The position numbers and the translations under genes are program-made. This document shows, one piece after another, positions 34,454 through 48,077 of a DNA stretch of 64,000 nucleotides (positions within the stretch are counted from its first letter, which is position 1; every line of letters starts with the position of its first letter). The notes below the pieces were generated by a model. It did not search any database. It was given only the letters and a program-made list of their open reading frames with translations, and had not been told where the DNA came from. The stretch lies in NCBI RefSeq assembly GCF_009914755.1, contig NC_060925.1; one strand, 5' to 3'. The DNA comes from the human T2T-CHM13v2.0 reference genome, Homo sapiens.

Positions 34454-36517
34454 TTAAATACCATCTATAGGCTGTTGGTTAAAAATAGTTTGGAGACTGC
34501 AAAGACAGCTTCTACTTCATTCTATAAATGATGCTTTGTCTTTAAAGCCTAGCATGGTACCTAAAAAATAACATGGGAGGAAAATGGGAAGGTGAGGGAA
34601 TCCTTCTTTCTGAAATCCATAGGCAAACCCACTGAACAAACAGACACTGGTCCCCAGTTACCTAACCCTGCTTGCTTGTGCTGCGCTACCACAGTGTGTG
34701 CAAATCCAGAACGTGGGAAGGTTCTGCCAAGGCAGTGCTGGGTGCTGAGTCACAGCTACTTACGTGACTGATGTGTGTTCCAGCCAGATGGGGGGAGCCG
34801 GAAGCCAAGCCCAGATGGCCATCTTCTTTCCTCTGGGAATGCTGATTTCAGGGCTCCTGGCAGCAAGGAAGAGCTCATCTTGGTGAGAGAGGGGCCTGGG
34901 GAAGGCTCTTTTGTAAAAGGGGAATGTCTTGCCCTCAAGAGACAGTCCCAGGCCATTGCATGTATAAACTGAAAGGGCAGTCCAGCTTCCTGTCATTCTA
35001 GGCAGCAGCCTGGGCATTCTGTCTTTAGCTGTCAGGGTGGGGGCTGTGAATCAGAGGGAAGGGTGATAAAAGGAATGGTATACACATGAGGGGCCAAGGG
35101 TGGAGCAGAGGGAGCATGGAGTTACCGGCTGGCCCAAAGTCCCCAGAAACCTCCATCAGGCTCTTCCTTTCTGGCAGGGTGGCCTTCAAAGGAGGACTCA
35201 GAACCCAGGGACCACTGCATTTCCCAGGCCCTGAGCCCCAGTGTGGGAATCACATCCTCCAAACCCACAGTGCCCCTCAAATTCCTATTCAGGTAAGAAG
35301 GCAAAAAGTAACAGCCTTCCAAGCCTACGTGGACCCAGCATCGGTTTTTCTGGTTTCCCCTGCGTCAGAGGTATGGAGGTCTATGTTCCTAGGCAGCTGC
35401 ACTCCTAAAAGTTCAGTTTTCCATCCCTCCCTTAACACTACTGACATAAACCCCAGACTCAGTCCAGGCACGGGGGCCCTGGGTCGGGACTGCTGGCTGG
35501 ATGGGAGGATGCACCAAGGTTACCCTGCCCCTGGGATGAGCTGGGGGGACAGCAGGAGACAGTGGAGGGCAAAGGGAAGGAGGAGGAGTGGAATGAAGAC
35601 TGGAGCTCGCGTGTCTCCATGTTCCCCCAGTAGAAGGGCTCAGCTCTGGCACAGAAGGATGGGCATGTCCCTGAACTGCTTTCAAGAAAGCTAGTGCTTT
35701 CTGCAAGAGGAAAAATGAGCATACCAATGGTCTATTACACAAACACAATGCCCACCACAGAGTTCATGGGTCCAAACCAATGCAGATCCAAAGGCAAACC
35801 ACCAATGCTGCTCCCTGGTCATTCCTAAATCATCTGCTTGACTCAGTGAAGATGGAGTCAAAAGTGAAACCACAGTCTCAGGTGAAACCTAACTCTGGAG
35901 GTAGGGAGGGAGACGCCCCAAAGCCCAGCTCCCCCACCTCCCCCAGGCAGAGCTGGTGACCACTTCCTTCAGCCACTGGGAAGTAACTAACAGATGCAGT
36001 ATCCTACCAGGCACCACACTCACAAGACGGCATGGCTGCTCTCGCTGGGAGAAGCACGTTCCTGTTCCCAAGAGCTCCTCCAGAGACATGCCCCAGCCTC
36101 TTGCAGCACAGCCTCTGCTCCTCCCTGGAGGGAGAGCACAGCATCTCAAAGGAGAGAGCATTTCAACAAGTCAAACACTCTCCCCAGAGCAGAGCACAGC
36201 CCAAGGGGGGCACCAGGAAGCCCAGGGTGCTTCCTGAACTAATCTCTGAGTGGCAGTTCTCCCCAGTACCTGGGCACACACCTGGTCCACACACATGGAC
36301 TGGGCACACCCTGTGGCGTGATGTAGTTCCACTTCCCTAATAGAATGGAGGGAGGCTGGGCCAGACAGAGGGTAGATTTGAATCCAAAGCCAACTGCAAG
36401 CCCACTTTCTCTCCTTCCTCTTTGGCTGGCCCAGCTGGTAGCTGCACCTATGGTGCTATTCCAGCCTCATTCTGCTATCAGGACCTCTGTCTGCCAGACT
36501 CAAGAACAGTGAGTAGC

Positions 36518-36608
36518 AGGAGGAGGAAGGAGGAGAAAGGAGGGAGGAGAGAGGAGGAAGGAGGGTAAGAGGGAGGGAGGGACTCGGGAGAAGAGGTGGA
36601 GGAGGAAG
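36518..36608. repeat. Polypurine (GA-rich) low-complexity tract
   Basis: ~90 nt almost entirely G/A. Confidence 0.85.
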
Positions 36609-39600
36609 TTTCACAGTCTAGTGCATTCCCATCAGATCAGAGAGAGGGGAACATGTGCAACTTCCCTTTTCAAGCGTTTCTCTGCCCCCCATTTTGTTTT
36701 GGTTCCTTCCCCTCTGGCCTGGGGATGGCGCGGCTAGTGGGCTATGCAGGGGCAGGCGCCCAGGTACCCAGCCAACTGGGCTCTCGCCCGGCTCCATCTC
36801 AGGCCTGGCACGCTCCCTCAGGCCGTTACCCAACATGCCCTTCTCCTTGTCAGGGAGGCCGCGCCCTCTTGTTTTCAAAGTTTTATAACAGTATTGTTTG
36901 TTGTCCAGCAGATTAAATTCTTTGGAGGCTGGGGAGTGGGGGGAGGGTGAGTGAGAGAGAGGAGGGAAAAGAGAGGAGAGAAAATACAAATAACTTCTAT
37001 TAGGCCCAAAATATTAAATGAGTTCGCTTAACACAAAGTTCACCTGTCTTGAGAGAGGCTAGTGGCCAGGAGCCTGCGTTCCCTTCTCTGTCTGTGCCTG
37101 ACCTCTCTGACCCCCTTCTCACCTAGCAAGGGATGTACGGTCTCAAACTTCCAATACCACTCCTCGGGTCAAGCTGAAAAGCAGTACCAGCTAATAAGGC
37201 TGGAAGATGCATGTGTGAGCACCACCCTCCAGGCAGGACACATGACATAGCGTTGGGCAGGTCCCTGCAAGAACACCCTTGACTCTCGTCTCAGGCGTCT
37301 GGCCGAAACAGTCCAGGGCTATTGGGGGAAGGGCATCTGTAGGCAGCTGCTGGAGCCCTTGTCTCAGAGATGGCTTGTCCCTGCCGTGAACCAGTGGTTT
37401 GTTTACACTTGAAATCAAAGTCACATATTCATTGATGCCAATGACACTGGAAGAACTGTACCCCAAGGAAATAACACAACTGCATAAATAAATATTCACG
37501 TAGACCTAAGGAATAAGAGTGGGAAATAGTAATGAAAAGAGACAAAAAGTCATTATAAAATAAGCATGATCTTACGGACAGGGCCCATTTCAGCATCCTC
37601 AGCCTTTCAGGCCTGTTGATGCTAAATCTGTAGGTGGTGATGACACACAAAAAATATGATTTTCCATATTTAATACAACTCTCATTTAGCCATTAACTGA
37701 TTTATTTCAGACTGTGGGTTACCGCTAAATAGTAGGCCTATTTGAACACATCCCTTTGCCTTTAGTATAGCAGGCAATGTCTGTGGCTCCCAGAGTTGTG
37801 GGCCTGCCCTGGGATGTTCCTCTCCCACCTCCTACCTTCTTCCCAGCAAACCATGTCTGGCCTTGCGTCCTCTACACGGCCCTCCTCCCTCCCCACCATA
37901 GGATTAGAGCAGCTCAGCACTCTTTCCTGGAAAAGATGAGGGACAACATGCCTTTCTCTTTTTTTATATGCAAATAACACCAGTTCCTATAAGATCAGTG
38001 CCAGAAGTTCTCTCTGCAAAGGGAAACAAGGTCAAAGTTCCAGATTCGATGACCACATTGGTGTACCCTGCCCATGCATCCCCTCAATTGCATCCAGCTT
38101 GGGCCTGTCTTGAAGACAGATGGGAAAGATGGAGAGAAATGCCTGCTCTAGATCCTGGCACCCAAACCTCATGCTGTTCCAGGGACTGTCTCAAAGTGCC
38201 ACAGACTTGGGACTGGGAGGATCCTGTGGAGGACACCGAGTCTCCTACCTCAAATAAAGAGGCTTCATCTTTCCTCAGGAACCCTCAGCAGAGGTGATGC
38301 ACAGTTCTCCCAGAAGTCTAGCCCAAATCACTCTCCTTGCTGCAAGTTCTGCCCACTCTCTTTTCCATCCTTCAAGTGGACAGAATGAACTGGATCCAAC
38401 ATGACAAATCTTCACACATGAAGCTACAGAAGGCTTTATCCACTAAAACAATTCCGCTGTGGATTCCCCATCACAGGGTTTCAGTATGAGCCAAGGATGC
38501 ATTCAGGAAATACCAAAGGACAGACATTTAGAGACACATATGCATGCTGCCCCTGTCCAACCTCAACTGTCCTAAAGGAATACCCCCAGAAAAAGCCTAA
38601 ACCATCATGGCTAAATCCGCTGTAAATAAAGATAAACCATTATTTCCTCCTTCATACAAGTTCTGGGTCTATTTAAACAAAGGTCACTCAAGAGGGCTAA
38701 CTGGCCAAGAAGTCCTGCTGTCCAATACTCTGCCTTACCAGCCCTTATAAAGAGTGGGGGATTATGCTCTGCCTTTAAGGAAAACTGACACCCACGAGTT
38801 CTCTTACCCACCTTTCTCTCTGTGGGTAAGCCCTACTTTTTCAAGTCAATCATGAAGCAGACACTCAGAACTAAAGCCAGTGTTTCTAGTCCCTTACTTT
38901 ACATTGTACATTAGCCAAGGCTTCCAGCAGGCGCTGTACATTAGCCAGCAAACAGGTAGCATACACACAACATGCATGCTGGGCAAGGCTCAGGGCATCT
39001 CTTACAAATGTGTTGGAAAAATTTCAAAAACCCTACACTGGGCCTCATCTCTAAGTGAGCTGCACTCAGCAGAAGCATGCCTGTGTGCATAGGCATGAGG
39101 TGCCATACAGATGTGTCACAGTGGTTTGATGCATCACATATTCCAGAAGCTTCCAAATACAGGAAACCTCTCCAAGAACACATGGTGAGTGGCTGGCTTC
39201 CCAGCCAAAAAGTGCAAGCCAGTTCTCACAAGAGCTCCAAGAAGTCTGAAGAATCAGAGAGTTGGAGAACCTGGACATGCTGAGGTTCCGTTTCCCATTC
39301 AACACATAGAAAAGGCATCTCTAGGCCCTCTAAGGCCTTCAGAAATTAAGGAAACTGCCAAAGACTCCACTCCCCTACTCCTGTCCCTGCCCCACTAGTC
39401 AGAACCCAGAGAAATAACAGCTGAAGTCAGAGGACCTAGATGGGAGACCCACGAGAAGCGGCTACAAGCAGTCAGATCTTGGCAGGATTGACTCTCAGGT
39501 TCAGTTTTACCAACGACAAGGATAAGACCACCTACCCTCTCAGGGTTGTGTGAGGACCAAATGAGCCAGCAAGTATGAAAAGAACTATGTGAGCTGATAC

Positions 39601-42600
39601 GATGGTTATTACTCCATTCCTCTCCTGCCTGAGTCCTAGCCCAGATCGCTGTTTGCTATTCCATACTGGCAGTGGGGTGGCACTCAGCTATTATTAATCC
39701 CAGGTAAACATCCCACAAAGCGGCAAGCAGATAGTGTCTTGGAGAAAGGTAGCTATTTTAAAACTCTACATTCTGCTTAGCAGATTGCACAATGTGCCCC
39801 CTCAGCCCCAGGGGCTCCTACCCACACAGCCTTGCAGAAGTGGTGTACGTCTGGGACTAACGCTGCCATGGAGAAGCTAGGCCAGAGTCCCAGCCACTCC
39901 TAGCCCCCATCTGGCTGGGCCTGGGACCTTCGGCTTTCCTGCATGTGTTTTATTTTGCTATCTTTTTAAGAGTGACTCAAGACTAAAAAGCCAAAATGGA
40001 ACCAGTGGCTCTGAGATATTTTTGTTTATTTTTTATTTTTTTCATTGTTATTTTTTAAAATTAAATTTAATTTTTTAGTCGAGGGCCTCAAAAAATACAT
40101 GAAAAGAGAAGGCTAAATATAAAGGAAAACTTCCTGACAGCAAGGGGCACAGACCCTCCCTCAAACCACAGCTGCATTCTCTCTCCAGGGTTTAGGGCCA
40201 GACAGGACGGAGCATCTTTCCTAGAGCAGGGTCCCTTGGGTCAGCCCCTTGCAGGACAGCAGGCACCCCCAGCAGCTCCCACATAAACCCATCTCCAACA
40301 AGCCTCCCGGGGGAAGCGCGTAGCCATGTCCCCTACCACCCGGTGGATCCTCATCAACACCTTCACGAAACCTCCAGCCCTCTGCTTCCACTTCTGGGAG
40401 GTCTTTAAAAACTACCTCCTCCCACCCACCCACCCTAATTCCAACAGTACCACTTCAGCCGCTCTGAGACAGGTCATCAAGATCCCTCCCCTTCTCTTGT
40501 GGAAACCTGGGCCTAGTTTTCCTCATCTTGAATTACTGGCTAAGGAACATCTCCATGAACATTCAGGGAGGCCCCAGGATACAGCTGGAACCTCCAAAGA
40601 GATTCTGGTTCCATCCCCTCATTTCATAGATAATGAAACTGGAGCTGAAAGGAGGAAAGTGAGTGAGTTTTTACCAACAAGAGCTAGGACCAGAATCAGG
40701 GTCGGCTGACTCAACACAGAGCAACACAAACCCCACTTTCCTGACCCTCCTCCTCCCTGAGCACCCCCAACTACACTACCTCATCCCTGTGCAACTTCAG
40801 ACCCCTGGCAGCAGATGGCAGTGTGTGCAGTCCGGCGGGTCAGCTGTCCATGATCAGCCAAAGAGCCAACAATCACATGGCCTGACTCCGCAGGTCCGCT
40901 GCCTCTTCCACCAAGTAAACAAGTCCCGAGCCCTGGAGCTACATGCGCTGAACACATGACACATGCCTGCCCTGTCCCCAGCACCACCAACCTGCCTCCG
41001 CCTCTCAAGACACAGCTCAACCAAGCATCTGGCACAGGTCACTTCTCTATGCCTGGTGCCCATCCCTTCCCTATCGTGAGACGATTAGCTCTGGGAACGG
41101 CTCGTTCTGGCAGGACAGGCTGAGTTCAGAACCAGCCTCCTGCAGGAACATTTGACCAATGGCTCGGCAAAGACCTAACCTGCACGTTTCCCTGTGCTGC
41201 ATGGACAAGTGTGGGGCACAGTGACCAGGCTGAGGAAAGAAGTCAGCTGGTGCCTGGGAGGGTGTGAGGCAGAAGGCCAACAGCAACCATGGCAGACAGG
41301 AGAGAACCAGTCTGCCGGAGACCAAAGGCTTGACATCTACTCCACCTTGATCCCTGACTCACGACAAGTTCCTGTAAGCCATGGGGACCTTGGATGGATT
41401 TCCCAAGTTATTAGGAAAAAAGAGGGGGTTAGTTTGTGTCAGTCCTAACTCCCTGAAGGAAAGCTCAATTGATGTGGCTTCAGATGGCTGAGGTCCTAAG
41501 TCTCTAGAACCCTCTGACCATCATCTGAATTCTCCTCCTTATGTGTGTGGGGGGTCCCCCTTTTCATCCCCACACAATCTCCATATATGTCTACCCTGTA
41601 CATTTTTAAATTCTTTTTAAAAATCATTATTAGCGGTGTCTCTCCACACTAGAATGTATGCCCCATGAAAGTGGAAAGTTGGCTTTGTCAAGTTCTGTAT
41701 CTCTAGCGCCTGGCACAGTCCCTGGCACATAGCAGAGGCTCCGTACACAGCAGCAGACGCCATGTACTGGCCTTACTCAGCTCTGCCTGTCCATGGCTAC
41801 CAAAGGGCATTTGGGTCTGCCCTGCCTCCCCCTAAAGGAATGCGGCACAACCGTCCCCAGTGACTGGAAAGTTCCTTCGGGTGTCTGCCTTTTCACTCTG
41901 GTTCACATCAGTCCTCTGAGAATCTTAGTTCACAAAAATGTCTGACTTCAGCCCAAAAGAGTAAAGATAACGTAGAGGCTTTGGAATAAGAAGTGCATGC
42001 ATTTAAATCTCAACAACCTCACTTACCAAATGCATAACCTTGGGTTAAGTCACTTAATCTGTTTCTTTAACTATAAAAGGGAAGTGATCCCTATGTCATA
42101 TGGTTGTTCTGAGGATGAAATCAGATAAGGAGAGGAGAGCCCTTTAAAAAGGTCAGTTTCCCTTGGACCAACAACTCTGATGCCCATCTCATACCTTCAT
42201 GCCTCATTATAGACCCTGATCGGGGCACCATCCTACCTTCAGTACCAGGCACTCAGACGCAAATCCTTCACAGGAGATGCACACATCCATCCTGGGCCAT
42301 GACAGGCAGCCCTGGCTGAGCACTGGACTTGTCCTCCCACACCCTCCTGGACTTGCTCCTGTGATCTAACCACACATACCACCTCCCCACGTGGCTCTAT
42401 CTGCCCCCATGTCCCCAGTCCATCCCTGTAGGCTTGACACTATGGTACCAGGCTCCGCACAGGCCATGGGGCCCTGGAGGTGTTCTCTGGCTTTATCAGC
42501 CCATGAGCAGCTCTTGTGGAAGGAACCAGCAAGAAAGCAAACTCAGTCCATGCTTTCCTCACAGTCACTCCAAGTCTCAGAAAAGCAAAGCAAAATGAGG

Positions 42601-44687
42601 GCCTCCCACAGACAGCCGGCTGGTGGGAAAGGGTGGTATCTCTTACATATCTCAGAGGGAGGTAACACGCCCAAAAAAAGTGACCAGCACAAGGTACAGA
42701 TCCTCTCTAAAGCTGTGGCTGCAGCCTTAGGGACACTCGAGCCAGGGGACAGAGCCAAGATATGCATTAAACAATTCACAGAGCTGACCGGACCAGGATT
42801 CAATGGAATAGAGAAGGTACTGACCAATCAGGGCCCCTGGCAGGGCCTCTCCCCCACAACTCCCAGCCAAGCCACACCACCTCAGCTCCAGAGCCACCAA
42901 CTCTGTTAACCTCTGCTGGATCCCGGATGGAGAGGCCCCATGCTGCCTCCTGACTCCCAGACCTCAGAAATTCAAAGGTCAAGAAAAAAGTGCCAGATAT
43001 GCTGGCCCCTCTCTCAGGAGATACCAACTGTTCTGCTATCCTCATTGGGAACACACAATGCCCCATGTCATGTGTGTAGAACCCAGGCTGGTGAGCAAGG
43101 AGGAAAAGAACCAGATGAGGGACAAAAATAGGAAAATCAGCAGGGAAGCACCAATCCCAATTCTGGAAACATCAGAGGCCAGAGAGATAACTGCATGACC
43201 ACGAGCAAAACCAACCTCCCCTTTACTTCCCACCCTGGTTTTCCCAATCTAACCAAGGACAGGGCTATTCGTGGGAGTGGGGATCACGAAGAGCCATGCC
43301 CAGGGACACACTGCACATATGAGGGCTGAGACTCCCAAGCACAGCCAGCAGCTACGTCTGGCTCCAGCCCTACAGCCAGGGCTGGCCAGACTCTAGCCAA
43401 CACTTCTTGAGGGACTTGGCTCACTCCTTTTAGTCTCCCCAGCTGCACCCAAGTCGATATCTCTCCACTCCAACACCCCCTGCCATCCCTCACTGCAGTA
43501 CTGCTGGAGGGCTGAGACCTGTCAGGGTCCTTGAAGGAAGAGACATCAGATTCTTCCAAACAGCCCTGGGTTCCTCAGGCTGTTCACAGCCAACCTAGAG
43601 ACTCACCTCAAATGGACAGAGGAGAAGAAGAAATAACAGGAAGCAGAATTGGCCAATCTTCCCTGGATAGCAACGGGAGCAGCATGGGGAAGAGGAACCC
43701 CCCACCCCCACCGAAACATATGAGCAGAGAGAGGCGACCACTGTGTGGCCAGAGGTAGGATCCCATAGGTACCTCCGAAAATTACCCAACATAATTCCTT
43801 TTATCTTTAGAGCCCAGACCAATCTGCTGTTGGCTAATTCCAACTGGCTTTACTGGCCAAGAATGCTGTAGTCATCTACTCGATAGGAGAGAGACTTCCT
43901 AGTGATGTGTGGGCACCGAGAGTCTGCTTTGTGAATTGTATCAATGATGCCACTGACCTCCCTGATTCTGCAGGCCGTCATCATTTTTCATTTTTAATCA
44001 CCATTGCTATTACTGTGATCGGCAGCAAGTGAGGCAGAAGAAAAGCATTTCTTTGTCAACTTCCTAGAGATGCTTTGCAATGGCTTACTGGACCAGGGAT
44101 TTTGTTTTTTAAGGCAAAGGTAATGAAGGCCTAGAGGAAGAAAGTGGCTCATTCAAAGAAACCCCAAAATTAGGGAGAGTCCCAAAGCTCACTGCTCAGC
44201 CCAGTCCAAACTCCAGACCACCAACCTAGACTAAGCCCCCTCAAGGCAAAATGTATCTAGAGTTAAGACAGGCCATCCACTGAGACTACACAGGGGAGAG
44301 AATCCCCAGGCACCAGGAAGGCTCCCAGGATTACCGAGGGGTTAAACCCAGAACCTCCTGCTGGATGCTGGAGCCAAAGAGAGTTTCTATTACTGTGGGA
44401 GGCCCAAATGCTCTGCCAACTGCCACACCCAGCAACACTACCCAGCTATCTCCCACACGTCCGCACAGCCCGACCACTTCAGCTGCCCATTCTGCCCCCA
44501 ACCCTGTGCTGGTTACTAACCCCACACAGAAAAGCCAGAAGGAGAAGAATGCAAAAAAGAGAACAATCGTTTGGGAGATTCTGAATGGAGACGTCTGAGG
44601 ATTCCCCGGCGGAATAAGGAAAATGGTGTTCGTGGGAAGGAAGGAGGATGGGGGAAGGCTGGAGGGAGCAGCCCACACTGGACTTAC

Positions 44688-44839
44688 CTGGGAGGCAGAG
44701 AGCGGTTAAATCCTATTTCCTTGCTGCATCCAGTTTCCAGTAAGCAGCCTGGTGATGATTCACTGACAAGACTGGGGTCATGTCGCATCAGTCAGCACTT
44801 GTGGTCACAAAACCACAAAAATTGGTGGCTCAACAGCAC
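44688..44839 (-). other. Candidate 152-nt internal exon of the host lncRNA
   Basis: Minus-strand acceptor CCCCTCTTTCCTCTCATAG and perfect donor CAG|GTAAGT. Confidence 0.55.
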
Positions 44840-45361
44840 CTATGAGAGGAAAGAGGGGAATATCCAACCCACCCTGCCCTGAACCAGCCAACACAACATG
44901 CTCACCCACCACCAAAACTCCTCCAGAGGACAGCTGAGCCCTCTCTGCCCAACTGGAGCCAGATCTCCAGAAACCCCAAATGGGTAAGGATGAAGAGTAG
45001 ACACAGACCCAGGATGCCAGTCACTGTGTTTGCCCTCATATATCCTAAAGAAAATCAAAGGGAGGAGGAAGTGGTGGAGGAAGGCAGGGAATGCAAGAGG
45101 TCCGAAAGAAGGAAGAGAGAGGTCAAAAGACATCCTTAGGCAAAGCATGGCAAACAGGAAACCAGGAAGAGAAAGCGGAGGCAGGGCTCAACTGTACCCT
45201 CAGCCATGTCACATGCCCCTAGCTTCTCTCCCTCTAAGCTCAATATCCATCGCAGAGCTATTAGCCCTTCCTGGCCCTCATCCCACATCAGCACCTTCAT
45301 CTAGCACGACCTTTCAATCTATCAGCATCTGCAATACAGGAGGAAAGTAAGCAGCCCTGAA

Positions 45362-45372
45362 CCAGACAGACA

Positions 45373-45413
<41 letters not shown>
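45362..45413. repeat. (CAGA)n(CA)n microsatellite
   Basis: Read directly. Confidence 0.95.
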
Positions 45414-45415
<2 letters not shown>

Positions 45416-45991
45416 CTTCCCAGAATAAAAGGCCCTTGGAGATGGCTCATGCTCTCTAGGTTCTGGTTCTCTGATAGAAGTGCTCCACTCCCACAGGGGA
45501 GGGCAGACACGTCTGATAAGAATTGCTTAGCACAATGCTATATATAGTCTAGGTTCCTACCAGCCTGGAGATGTGGAGCTAGAACTTGGCAGAGAACCAT
45601 GCTAGGTGCTGGCAAGGACCATCCTCCCACTGCCAGCCAATGGGGAGCCTCACTTCCCGGCTGGGGGCCGTGAGGGCACACAGGGTCCTTCCAGGCAGCC
45701 CATTAACACTCCACACTGAGGGACACAGGCTGTTGGCTCCATTTTAGGGAAAATCAACTTCTCCCAAATGTGAGGGGGATGTGTGGGGGCTGAACAGCAA
45801 ATTCTAGCTTCTCTGCAGCTATCCAGTAGCATGAGAAAATCAATCTAGTCCTCTCTTCTGGAGGACTAAGGGTGGGGTGTGTGGGAGAAGAATGGAGAAG
45901 GCATAGCAGGTGGCTGGGCTCAATAAACATCTACCCATTTCTGATGTTCGAAGAAATAAAGGAATGTAAAAGAATGCAGATGAATACTTAC

Positions 45992-46167
45992 TGCAGAGAG
46001 CGGGGCTGCCAGGCATCTCCTTTTTTTGTTCCAAATACATGCAAGTGAGCCACTCTATCCGGCAGTATGACGGCTGTCTCCGGCACACTGGCACCATCCT
46101 CAGCTGAGCCTGAGTCGCCAAGAGGTTGTCACCCACTCACAGAGCAAGCTGCACTCTCCTGAGTCCT
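45992..46167 (-). other. Candidate exon of the host lncRNA (176 nt, or 27 nt with the alternative donor at 46140)
   Basis: Acceptor TTCCTTTCTCTTCTTCCTCATAG; donors GTGAGT (46140) and GTAAGT (45991). Confidence 0.4.
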
Positions 46168-47015
46168 CTATGAGGAAGAAGAGAAAGGAAGATAGGTGGG
46201 CTCAGCTCACAGAGCCAACCAAGCAATGAATCCAGCAGATCCCAACCAGGGGCCCATCTGGGTTAGTATGTGGCTCTGGGATGATGACCCTTAGCTGTTG
46301 CCCGCCATCCAATGAAAGACGCAAGACAATGTTGGGCAAAATGACATGGGACCTATGTCCTGGAGAAAGGCCAGTAACAGAAGATGCAGGGTCTGATGAA
46401 GGAGGGTCTGTTTACCACCTCTTTCAGAAAATGAACCTGAGAGACCACAGAGCTGCCTGAAGCCCGAAATCCAGGCTCTTATCATATACACAGCTTGGGA
46501 CAAAGAAAATGAGACACGAAAGGTTCCAACGTCCATATACATACAATCTTTTTAGGTCAAGCTGCTCTCTACTCGGGTGCAAAACATGACATGAAGCGGC
46601 TGTGTCTGCCTTTGCACTCTGAGTGGGGATGGCTGGCTCCCACCCCCTGCCCTGCTTAACTCTCTCATGTGACCTCGGTCACATCTCCCTGCCCTGCTCT
46701 GGCTCCCAAGGCCCAGGAGCCACTCCTACCAGAGATCCCAAATGAGTCACCCTGGGAGGTCCTTGGAGAGAAGAGGAGGTGCTCAGTGACAAATGTCACT
46801 GCTAGCATCATCCGCGGGAAAGCATGAGACTGAAAAATAGTACCCAGTGAAAGGAGGGAGGGGGCTGCGGCCAAGTTGTCCCTCATCCTCATAAGCAATT
46901 GTTTGTCCCTCTGCCCCACGCTCCAGCAGAGGGGGTAGAGAAGAGAAAGGGGAGGACGGTTTGTCCGCATTCAGTGGCAGTGGAGGTGCATCTTCTCTCT
47001 CGGTCGCAAGAAGGT

Positions 47016-47116
47016 GGGGTGGGGTGGGGCGGGGCGGGGCGGGGCGGGGCGGGGCGGGGCGGGGCGGGACGGGACGGGACGGGACGGGACGGGACGGGGC
47101 GGGGCAGGGCGGGGGG
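47016..47116 (+). repeat. G-rich pentamer array (GGGGT)2(GGGGC)8(GGGAC)6(GGGGC)2 AGGGC G6
   Basis: Read directly; tandem GC boxes and G-quadruplex potential. Confidence 0.97.
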
Positions 47117-47709
47117 ATCACGCGCCTATAGCGCAAAGCTGCGGTATGGAGAAAAGCCTAGAACCCACAGCCGCCATGATGACGCAAACAAAATTAAAAG
47201 GGTCAAGAACTCAAGGCCCACTGTTTCACCTAAGAAGAAAAGGAAGAAGATGAAGGGGAGAAGAGAAGCTCTGATTTGGGTCAATATGGAAAGGGGAGGC
47301 TGACGCAGGCTGCCCAAGAGCCAGCCTTTAGCTTAGTGACGGTGATGCGGATCCGCCATCTTGAAGCGCCGCCCGGCAGAGGACTCTCAAGACGCCACAG
47401 CCCCACCACGGCCACTTCTCCCAAGGTACAGGTGCGCCCGCATTCACTGAGGTCGGCCTGGCCCACCCCTACCCCAAGAAGCGAATCGCCCTTCATTCAA
47501 GGCAATGACCAGCAAGACTATCACAAAGAGAACCACGGTGAAAAATCCCAAAGGGCTTTCTGGGCCCTGGGAAGATGTCTGTCATCTGGGACTAGTGGGA
47601 AGAACTCAAAAAGTGACCCTATTTGCCAAGCTCATCTAATAACACATACAGCTGTTATTTTCTTTTCAGACTCTAAAATGCAAGGGTTCCCAGAGCCCTG
47701 CTGAGTTAC

Positions 47710-48077
47710 CTGGTGTCGCTCCCATCCTGATGCCCGGGCGGTGGCCGCCTTCTCTGTCCAGCCCTCCCTGAAAATGACCCCAGGCTAAGGATCAGCTCAG
47801 AGCCCCGAGCTGTTTTTGTAGCTTTCATGTTGACAGAACATCCTGGCCACTCTGCTGAGAGCTCCATCTCCCGGCTCCCGATACACTGAGTCATCTTCCA
47901 AAGAGGAAAAAAAACAACAAAGCAGCCGTCACCAGGGTCCCCATTGCCGTCGACTGACGACTCACTGGCTGTCGTCACACTCTGCTCCGCGGCCCCCGAA
48001 TTGGTAACGAGGGGCTTCAGGGTGCCCAGCTCCCCTCCCGTGGGACTCAGCAGCGTCAGGGAAGCAGGCAGCCACTG
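47710..48077 (-). other. Candidate 368-nt exon of the host lncRNA
   Basis: Acceptor TTTCCCTTCTTTCTGAATCTCAG(CAG); donor CAG|GTAACT. Confidence 0.4.

Noticed and set aside
35086-35694. 202-aa ORF, the longest in the track
   Set aside because: No recognisable domain, overlapping ORFs on both strands in GC-rich sequence, and antisense to the host gene; consistent with chance.
46783-47303. RGG-box or Pro-rich proteins in the ORF track
   Set aside because: They are translations of the stop-free pentamer repeat with near-cognate starts; kept only as a RAN-translation possibility.
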